64,000 nt of DNA from the NCBI GenBank assembly GCA_951406725.2, contig OX597823.1, positions 63,364,001 through 63,428,000 on the forward strand. The letters are read 5' to 3'. The notes beneath the pieces are model-generated. The model saw only the letters and a list, made by a program, of their open reading frames with translations, was not told the DNA's origin and did no database searches. This document shows positions 54,301 through 64,000 of this stretch, one piece after another. Both the position numbers and the translations under genes were made by a program. Within the stretch, counting starts at the first letter, position 1, and the number at the start of each line of letters is the position of its first letter. This DNA is from Octopus vulgaris. Its lineage: Eukaryota.

Positions 54301-55567
54301 AATATACATATGTTTATATGTCTACACAGGTGTATGTGCACTTGTTGGTGGCTAAAATTCTGGAATACTTTACATATTTTCCACTGTTCCATTAATGACT
54401 TATAACTGTTATTCCTTAATTAACTGCGTTCTTATTAGCTTTCTGAAGCCTGGCTTCTCAAGACTGGCAAATTGAAAGTTTGTTACTTAAACGCTGTAAT
54501 CAACTAGACCGTCCTCCATCTCCGCAAAAAAATTCAGGCCTTGTGTTTAAAGGAGAAAGTGCGAAAGTGCCCGGTCTAGTTATTTAGAGTCTTGAGTTCA
54601 TGATCATAAGGAAGTGAGTTCGATTCTTAACTCGAGTGGCACGTTGTGCCTTTCAGCAAGGGTCTTCATTTCACATAACTGCTATCTTTTCAACTGAAAA
54701 TGAGTACCAGCCCAGACTTGTGTCTACACTCTTTCCCGCTCACACATCCTCGAGGTTCCGGTGACCCGCTGGGAGAAAAGCCGAGACGGTGTCTATATCA
54801 GCTCACGATTACGCAGGCACCTAAAACAATTGGCGAATGCATGGTATATGCAACCAAGTTGCATACCCTTGGGGTTTTAACTTACATGTATGAAATATAT
54901 GTGTGGCCGATGTGTATGCGTGCGGGTGTGTGAGTGTATGTGTGCTTGTGTGTAAGGCTGTGTGAGTATGTGTATTTGTGTGTGTGTGTGTATGTGTGTT
55001 TCTAGGTGTGTGTATGTATGTGTATGTGTATTTGTATGTGTTTGTGTGTGTGTTCGTGGGTGTGTGAATGTGTGTGTGCTTGAGTGTAAGTGTGTGTCTA
55101 AGTGTGGGTATGCTTGCTGTGTGATCTGAGGCATATATGTATATGAATGTATGCGTATATGTTTGTAAGTGTGAGAAAATTCTGAAACTATAGGACAAGT
55201 TCAGCGGATATAAACGTTATCCTATCCAGAACATTTTCCTCCATGAACAGTCTATCCCCACCTCCACCTTCACACTTTTATTTTCTTCTCAGTTTACTAG
55301 AAGAGACTTCAGGAATCCTAACAATTTTTTTTGTTTCCGAGTGGCAATTTCACAACCACAGCACCACCTCCGCCACCACCACCACCACCACCACCACCAC
55401 CACCACCTCATCATCGCAGCTGAAGGCGGCCGTTGCTACCCTCATCCATCATACCAAAGCACACGCTACCATCACAAACAACACCTACCACTACAAGTAC
55501 CAGCATCAGTACTACCACCAGCACCATCGAATTGTTTTGACTTAAAACAATAACACCTACACCCCAT

Positions 55568-55600
<33 letters not shown>

Positions 55601-55637
55601 CTATATATGTATATGTATATATGTGTGTGTGTATGTA

Positions 55638-55686
<49 letters not shown>

Positions 55687-56040
55687 ATAATAATAATGAG
55701 TAAAATTAATTAATTAATTAATTAATTAATAATCAATAATTTTACCAAGTAGTTCGGTATGTTAAAAGAACCATTATCGGTACAAAAATTCTATAATTAT
55801 GAGTATAATTATAATTAGGGTACAGCAAAATTTGCTTCACCACATACCGAAATTTAGAAATAGCAGTTAAAACTATTATTTCACTACCATAAGAAAATCT
55901 CCCAGACAGTAATATTCAACAAGTTGTTGTAAATTTTCTTATGGTAGTAAAATAGTAGTTTAACTGCTATTTCTAAATTTCGGTATGTGGTGAAGCAAAT
56001 TTTGCTGAACCCTAATTATGATTATAGTTTGTGTGTGTGT

Positions 56041-56094
<54 letters not shown>

Positions 56095-56129
56095 AATATT
56101 ATTTTATTCCCTTAGTTTTATACGCTTAT

Positions 56130-56745
56130 ACTTTTATCGCTTTCAAATTATTTTCCATTAGAAACAATGCATCGGTAAGGTGCGTTTTTCACTGTTTGAA
56201 GCAGCCCTGGAACTCTTGTGAAGTGGTACCTATTAACAAATCCATCTTTTTTTTTTTTTTCAGCTCTTCCACATCTGCAAGATGTTTTCCGTTAAGAACT
56301 TTTTTACATTCGGGGGAACACTTAGATATTCCTTTGCCTGTTTTGTTATTGAGTAAGATGCTTTCTTGTTTTCATGCTTTGAAACAAGTTTTAACATCTA
56401 GTCCTCAGAGTTTTTCTGGTAGGGGTTTAGGCTAATTGTGGCAATGTTCATTGTTAATTCCACGGCCACCCTCTTTTCTTGGCAAGTAAAATCATTCTAT
56501 ATTTGCCTTAGAGTGGCGCATTCTATGCATTGTCAACAATTTTCGTATTTTTCTGTCAAAATTACGTATTTCAGTATTTGACTAGTTAATGATATTGAAG
56601 CTATAAGTCAGGACCTGTATGGCTAAAGTATTGATCGCTTCGATCTTGTATCTAGCATTCACCTCTGTCTTAAGTATTGCCCTTACCCTGCGATAACATT
56701 CTCTTTTGATCCTTTCCCGCATCACTGAATGTTTGATTCCTAACT
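56130..56745 (-). mobile_element. R4/Dong-like RT thumb fragment
   Basis: IKRECYRRVRAILKTEVNARYKIEAINT..DRKIRKLLT..YLPRKEGGRG. Confidence 0.88.
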
Positions 56746-57097
56746 TGTTCACTAATTAACGAATCAATTACGTGATCAATCAATCAGAAAGACTGACAGA
56801 AAATAACAAACAGTTTGTGTTAGCACGGAGAAGGACAGACGAGGTCAGAGCCGATGACAAACGGACTCTAACGAATCAAATAATTGTTTGAAGAAACCAT
56901 TGATCAAGTAATTGATTAATCAATTTGTTAACTTTTCTAGTAATCATAATAATAAGAAATTAAATACATTCACTACGTATGGTTATATGTATATGTGGTG
57001 TGTGCATGTATATGTATATATATTAATAATGATAAGAAGAACGGAGATTTTTCACACCTGTAATTTTATTTAACAGCTATTTACGACATCCTTTACT

Positions 57098-57183
57098 GGA
57101 CCTACACGCATTTCAACTGCACCAACTGCACATTCTTGGATATGCAACCTAGTGTCATGGTCGGTATAGTTTCATCAGGGTCC
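57098..57183 (-). ncRNA. Type I hammerhead ribozyme, canonical core, branched stem II
   Basis: GGACC-CUGAUGA-AACUAUACCGAC..GUUGGUGCAGUU-GAA-AUGCGUGU-A-GGUCC. Confidence 0.85.
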
Positions 57184-57269
57184 TTACTCTCTGTCATTTC
57201 GAAGTTAAACTGAAGGAATCAGTAACTGAATAAAGTGTTTTTTAGGAGGTATGGGTGCTACTATTAATA

Positions 57270-57715
57270 GCTGTATCGACCTCCATTGTTGATGCCGTAA
57301 TGTCGGTGGTGTGTAGTCCACTGTAGTCGTGCCTGACGGTAGCGGGCGGTGAGTACAGGCCCTCGAGCAGGATGACGGCCAACGCAGTTTGTTGGCAGCC
57401 AGTTGACGTCGTACCGTGTCGTCGCTGATGGGTCGCTGTCCAATGCCATGGTCTCGCGAGCTGTCACGCTGGCCGGTCTGAAGCAATCACGGAGGTGTTG
57501 CAGGTGGATGATGCGGTCCTACCTTGACGTGGTCACCCGGGGGCGCCCTCTGCGGGCACGGTCTGCAGTGCTGTTGGTATTGTATCACTGTTGCAGGCAG
57601 TAGGTGGTGCTGACATGGACAGGACATTGTAAGCTTTTGCAACAACCAGGGCACGCTGCCTTGATAGCAATTGACCGATAGCTTGTTCTCTCTGCGCTGC
57701 TGACAGTCGATTCAT
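57270..57715 (-). mobile_element. Tc1-like transposase N-terminal half, pseudogene
   Basis: MNRLSAAQREQAIG, ADRARRGRPRVTT, ISDDTVRRQL, PVLTARYRQARLQW. Confidence 0.88.
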
Positions 57716-57899
57716 ACTCGATGCGTCCAAATTACGAATGCCAGGAACACGGTTCAAGTTGATTTTTATACACATAGCCTCCACGAGATGCATGTGCATT
57801 TCGGTTTTCATGACAATTGTTTGCGACTGCCACTCACGACATCCAACGCAGCTGCATTTTGGCATCCCGTTTCAGGGAAATTTAAAGGTTACCTGCAAT

Positions 57900-58465
57900 T
57901 TGATGAAAATTTTTGATGGATGCAACCGGTCTGATCCAGTTTCTACCGGTCTGATCTGCTTTGGAATGGTTTGAACTAGTCTGAAGCAGTTTGTACGGGT
58001 TAGGTCAATCATCATATTTTAATCAAACATTTTCAATCATCATATTTTAATCAAGCATTTTCATCAAACATTTTCATCAAATATCTTCATCAAACATTTT
58101 CATCAAACATTTTCATCAAGCATTTTCATCAAACCAGTCCAAACCAGTTCAGACTGGACCAGACCAGTTGAAACCATTTGAAATCAGACCAATCCAAACC
58201 AAATCAGACTAGTTCAAACAGGATCAGACCAGTTCGAGTTGTTTGATGAAAAGGTTTGATGAAATACTTGATGAAGATGAGATATTTGATGAAAATGTTT
58301 GATGATGTTTCGTAGAAATGTTTAATGTAGATGTTTGATGAAGTTGTTTGATGGAGATGTTTGATGAATGCGACCGGTCTGATCCAATTTCGACTGGTCT
58401 GGACTAGTCTAAATGGGTTTTGACCGGTCTTATCCGTTTTCGACCGGTTTGAACTAGTTTGTTCA
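57900..58465. repeat. Two interleaved minisatellite motifs in alternating orientation
   Basis: (catcaaacatttt)n at 58020..58135 versus (ttgatgaaaatgt)n at 58240..58370; accggtctga / tcagacca blocks. Confidence 0.8.
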
Positions 58466-58699
58466 AAACAAAAGCGAAAAGAAAACGGAATAGAAAAGCA
58501 AAAATAAATAAATAAATAAATATATAAATATATAAATAAATAGATAAATAAACAGGGTTATGCATCATGATCTATGAAACATACATAACCTATGTTAACA
58601 CCTGAACAGTTCTCAATTTGTTACGTTCCCAACAGAACAAAAAGTAGTTGAATAAAAAATGGTGTTTCAATTATTTTGTCCAGCTCCTGTTCACGGAGT

Positions 58700-58733
<34 letters not shown>

Positions 58734-58894
58734 TGTATGTATGTATGTATGTATGTATGTATGTATGTATGTATGTATGTATGTATGTATACATAATCAT
58801 TCATACATTGATACCGTCACCCACGTATATAATATACATTCATATACATTTACACATAAATGCATACATATACGTACGTACATACATACATACA

Positions 58895-58925
<31 letters not shown>

Positions 58926-60105
58926 GTATACATGATATATTTACGCATGTATTTTTGTGTGTACATAAGTAAAACGTGCTTATTGAAGATATCTTTTTTT
59001 AGTGAAACTGTACTACGATGTTCTTTTTATCTCTCTACAAAGGTAAATATACATTTCGCCAGAATGTCTTTAATATCAGCTTACAACTAGAGCAAACATC
59101 GATAAAATCATATTACACGAGGTTTGTTTGATTCAGGATAATCGTTGTTAGTTTGTTTTGTTATTCAAGCTTCACCTGCAGTTTCTGCTATTATTGTTAG
59201 TTGTTGCTGTTAATTCAATATTGATCGAGGCCCTCTTTTGGTTAAAAGCACTTTCTAACCACGACAATCACTGTTCTTTTATTGTATATAGGGAGTTTTC
59301 TATCATCCCTCTCTATCCATTGTCATGGTTCTTGTATAAGGTAGGGCGTAGCTTGAGGAATACTTGTCACCTTTTCTCTTGTAAGTCAAACTACTGTACA
59401 AAGGTTTCCTTGTTGTGGCTGTGGTTATTTTTTGGTAAACAGGAATAGTATAATTGCTGTTCGTAATGGTCCATGTTGTTGTTTGTAATGGTGGTGATGG
59501 TAGCAGTGGTGGTAGCTGCGATATCTTCATTTATTGTTGTTGTTGTTGTTACCTCTGCTCCTGCTGCTGCTACTAGTACTATAATTACCACCACCACCAC
59601 CACCACCACCACCACCACCACCACCACTACCACTACTGTTGCTGCGGTCTTAAGTAACGTTGCTTTACTTTCTGAGTTCAGCTATCACCAAAGAGGTCAT
59701 CTTTATCTTCTGAGAAATTGTGGCCCCGGCAGTGGTGGTGGGGTCGATAATAAAAAATAAATAACTATTTTATTTAATGATCAGGATTTAATCGACTATA
59801 ACCTACCCCATCAATATTTTTTTCAATATCGTGCTAATATTAAGAAATCTTAAGAAATATTAAGAAATCATTATTATACACCCGATGTGGCATATATATT
59901 TACCTATCATCTAAGCGTAACAAGTCATGCACTTGAGTTGAGAAAAAATTAAGGGCGTTGGTGAAAGCAAACAGTGGCCATTTTGAATGGTAAATATATG
60001 TGAAATACAGGATGGAACAAAAAGTCATGCACCAAAACATTTGACATACTATTTACACTGCGTTAGCAACATCACCACCACCACCACCACCACCACCGCT
60101 GTTAC

Positions 60106-60264
<159 letters not shown>

Positions 60265-60479
60265 CTTCTTTCAATTGTTTCCATTTCTTGCTTAGTGTCC
60301 TCCTGACACTTAGGGCAAAGAAACGCACTGTATATATTGGTAGGTCCTTAAAATAAACAAACCAAATGTTCATTTACAAATTCATCTGACAGAGAAAAAG
60401 GGGAAGAAAGACAGAAAGAAGAATGAAAAAAAAATAAATAAAAAGTAAACAAAGAAAATAAAGGGGAAAAGGGAAAGAA

Positions 60480-61750
60480 AATTCACACTTTATTGCTTTG
60501 GTCTTTCACAACAATATCTGGTTTATTTGCTTTGATGGTTCGGTCTGTACATATTGCAAAGTCCCAAAGAATCGTTACATTTTCTCCTTCAGTTACAGCC
60601 TCAGCTTATACCATTTGTCAACAGTTTTGATTTTATAATGCCGACACATTATCCAATGAGCATTCGTTTGTGATATGGGCAATAGTTTCATCCACTTTAT
60701 TGCAGATGCGGCACAGCGGAGACACCTTCTCATACCTAAATCCCCGCAGGTACTCTCCTTTTGTCTTTTCTTTCGTGTCGTTGTGTTTGATTCTATCTGC
60801 CTCAAGTTTTCCCAGATATTTATAGCTGGATTGAGGTTGAATTGCCTTCATCATTTCACCACTTGGCAATCCTATGCCTTCTGTCCTGACAAGACTTCCT
60901 CGTCTCATCACCACCGTAGCAAATTTTAAGAGTCCAAACTCGATCTTGATATCATTGGAGAAAATCCGCTCAGACTGGACTAGGCTGTCCAGTTCTGCCT
61001 CAGCTTTTGTGAATAGCATCAGGTCGTCTATGAATGGAAAGTGGTTCAGTTTTTCCTTACCTCTTCCTAGATCATACTCCAACTTTGTTTTCTGTCGTAT
61101 TTCCCTCAAGGAGGATCATTCCCAGCACGAAGATCAGTAGGGACACACTGTCTCCTTGGAAGATTCCTCTCTCGATTTTCACCTCTCCTAATATTTGATT
61201 CCCTGCTGTCGATTCCGTTCTTCAGCATTTCATGCTATTCCTTATAAGGCTTCTCATATTTTCTGCTACTCCATATATTTCCATTGTTCTTATTATCCAG
61301 GAGTCTGGTATCGTATTGTATGCTTTGCGATAGTCAACCCATGCCATGCTCAGTTTTGTATGTCTTCTCTTGCAGTTCCTGATAATTAGATTATAAATTA
61401 AGAACTAATCCTTCGTTATCCGGCTTGTCTTTCGGCACATTTTCTATTCAATAGGTAGCAGCCCACTTTCTTCCAAGTCTCTATACAGTTCACCGGCCAA
61501 TGCACCTGACATTAGTTTCCACAGCGGAAGACACGTTATTGGTCTAAAGTTGGATGCAACATTTCCCTTTTCAGGATCCTTGGTGCATAACAATGTCTTT
61601 CCGTTTGTCATCCAGTTGGATACTGCGCATTCCTGCAAGCACTTATCTAGCTGCTGAGATATCCTTTCATGAAGCCCTCTGAGCTTCTTCATCCAATAAC
61701 CATGGACGTCATCCGGTCCTGGACTCTTTCAATTTGGGAATTTTCTTAAC
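60480..61750 (-). mobile_element. R4/Dong-like element, RT to RLE with internal deletions
   Basis: NFRPITCLP, LNHFPFIDDL, IEFGLLK, YKYLG, CRIC..HITNEC, ILWDF..NKPDIV. Confidence 0.9.
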
Positions 61751-61755
61751 TGCAT

Positions 61756-61907
61756 TCTTCTTCTTCTTCTTCTTCTTCTTCTTCTTCTTCTTCTTCTTCT
61801 TCTTCTTCTTCTTCTTCTTCTTCTTCTTCTTCTTCTTCTTCTTCTTCTTCTTCTTCTTCTTCTTCTTCTTCTTCTTCTTCTTCTTCTTCTTCTTCTTCTT
61901 CTTCTTC
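61756..61907. repeat. Pure (TTC)n/(GAA)n tract of about 150 bp
   Basis: Direct reading. Confidence 0.98.
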
Positions 61908-62407
61908 TACTACTACTACTCCCCCTCTCCTCCTCCCTCTCCCCCTCCACTGGGGTCAATGTAATCGACTTAGCGCCTTTCCCGAACTTTCACGCCTTGT
62001 GCCTATAGTAGAAAGGATTATTATTATTATCATCATTACTATTATTACTATCGTCATCATCATCATTGCTGTTGTTGTTGTTCTTATTATTTTTGTTGTT
62101 ATTGAACCTATGTTGCTGTCCCCATCTTCTGGGACTTCTCATTTCATTCCTATTGTATACTGTTGACTTCTATTATTATTTGAAATAACAACTAAAAAGG
62201 TTTTAGTTTCTTTTCCAGGATTTTACGTTTTATTTGTGATACAACTGGGAGTTGCCCTCTCTATAGTTTACTATAAACAGTTTTAAAAAAGAAGTTTGTG
62301 TCGAATTTCATGTTTTCTGTATCTACTTGGGAGAGAACTAGTTATTATCTATACATAAACACACACACAAACGCATACATAAATATACACATCCATATGT
62401 AAGTCGT

Positions 62408-62460
<53 letters not shown>

Positions 62461-62509
62461 ATATATAAACATAAATGTATACATACACTCACGTACACAC
62501 ATATACGCG

Positions 62510-64000
62510 CATTGGCCTGGGCCGCCGACCATCCCCGTGGACGCCTGCCCCTGGCCAGATCCTAGCAGTGGATCTTTTCGCGGGCGCTTGTCAGCGTGCA
62601 TTGGAGCGGTTCAACTTCTCCAGGCGCCAACGCCGCCTCAACATCTCCCCGGCTGAGCTCTTGGCTCTTCGTTCCCTCCAACGGCGCGCTGACATTATCA
62701 TCAAACCGGCTGACAAGGGTGGAGCTGTAGTGGTGTGGCGCGCGGACCTCTATAGGGCCGAGGCTTTCCGCCAACTCAATGACACCTCCTTCTATTCCCC
62801 TCTGCCCTCTAACCCCACACGTAGCTACCAACAGACGGTATCCTCTACTGTCCAAGACCTCATCTCGTCCTCCCGTCTCCCCGCACCGCATCCAACCTAA
62901 TTGTGCGAACCCCACGTACCCCCACCATTTACTTCCTCCCCAAAATCCCCAAACCCAACAACCCTGGCCGCCCCATCGTCTCCGCCTGTAACTGCCCCAC
63001 GGAGCTCATCTCTAAATACCTCGACCGTGTCCTTGCCCCCCTAGTGGCATCTCTTCCCTCCCACATCCACGATACCAACCATGCTCTCCGGCTTTTCAAC
63101 TCTTTCTCCTTTCCTCCCGGCTCCTCCAAAATCCTTTTTACTATGGACATCCAAAGCCTCTATACTGTTATCCCTCACCACGAAGGACTGCAGGCCCTTC
63201 GACACTTTCTTGACCTCCGCTCTAACCCTGTACCTGACACCTCCACACTCATTCGTCTGGCCGAACTTGTCCTTACTCTGAACTGCTTCTCGTTCGCGGG
63301 CGAGTTCTACCATCAGGTCTCGGGAGTGGCCATGGGAACGCGAATGGGCCCCAACTATACGAGCCTGTTCGTTGGCTATGTTGAGGCCCAAATATTCTCT
63401 AATTTCACTGGTCCCACTCCTGAACTATATGGTCGTTACATTGACGACATTATCGGTGCCACCTCACTCTCCCGCGAACATCTAGATTCCTTCCTCTCTT
63501 TCGTCCAATCTTTCCATCCAGCCCTCCACTTCACTTCCACTATCTCCAACACCTCTGTCTCCTTCCTCGACATTTCGGTTAGCATTCTTTACTCCACTCT
63601 TACCACCTCCATTCACTACAAACACACAGACTCACACTCATACCTCAACTTCTCTTCCTCCCACCCAGAACACACCAAGCTTTCCATCCCCTATTCCCAA
63701 TTCCTCCGTCTACGTAGGCTCTGTAGTGACGACCATGACTTTGAGACTCAGTCTCAACGTATGACTCACCACTTCACCCTACGTGGATACCCCCTCACCA
63801 CTATCCACACCGCCCTTGCCAGAGCACGGTCCGTGGACCGTGTATCTGCTCTCTCTCCCCGAACCCACCCTGTAGTCTCCCGCCTCCCTTTTCCCCTCAC
63901 TTACCACCCCACGACCCTACGTCTCCAACGCACCATTCTTCGAGCTTTCCGTCATCTCCAGTCCGACCCGTCCACTTCACACCTCTTCCCTAACCGACCC
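62510..64000 (+). mobile_element. Penelope-like element RT (probably Neptune-type), 5'-truncated, continues past the window
   Basis: IIIKPADKGGAVVVW, YFLPKI..GRPIVS, MDIQSLYT, GVAMGTRMGP, RYIDD (YIDD at 63437..63448), SFLD, IPYSQFLRLRRLCS; one frameshift near 62885. Confidence 0.93.

Noticed and set aside
58020-58370. CRISPR-like periodicity
   Set aside because: Contiguous short repeats without unique spacers, eukaryotic context, no cas genes

Overview
AT-rich, repeat-dominated animal DNA with no recognisable host protein-coding gene; it is probably intron or intergenic sequence. The very high density of (TA)n/(CA)n/(TACA)n/(TAA)n microsatellites and the SINE families suggest an octopod cephalopod (inference, not searched). 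Most listed ORFs are microsatellite artefacts. The real coding remnants are transposon-derived: CR1/L2-group LINEs, R4/Dong-like RLE retroelements, an RTE, Penelope-like elements (PLEs, including a near-intact RT running off the right end), hAT (Charlie/Buster), mariner, DD37D and Tc1 fragments, a non-autonomous Helitron and several tRNA-derived SINE families. The main finding, read by eye, is about 20 type I hammerhead ribozyme (HHR) motifs in 64 kb. Seven have a canonical CUGAnGA/GAAA/NUH core; the rest are core variants or decayed. They belong to several unrelated families, most have palindromic stem III, many sit in short inserts in (TA)n tracts, and several lie inside inverted repeats or beside PLE endonuclease remnants. 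One pair forms a retrozyme-like tandem about 341 nt apart. No folding or database search was run, and ribozyme activity is untested.
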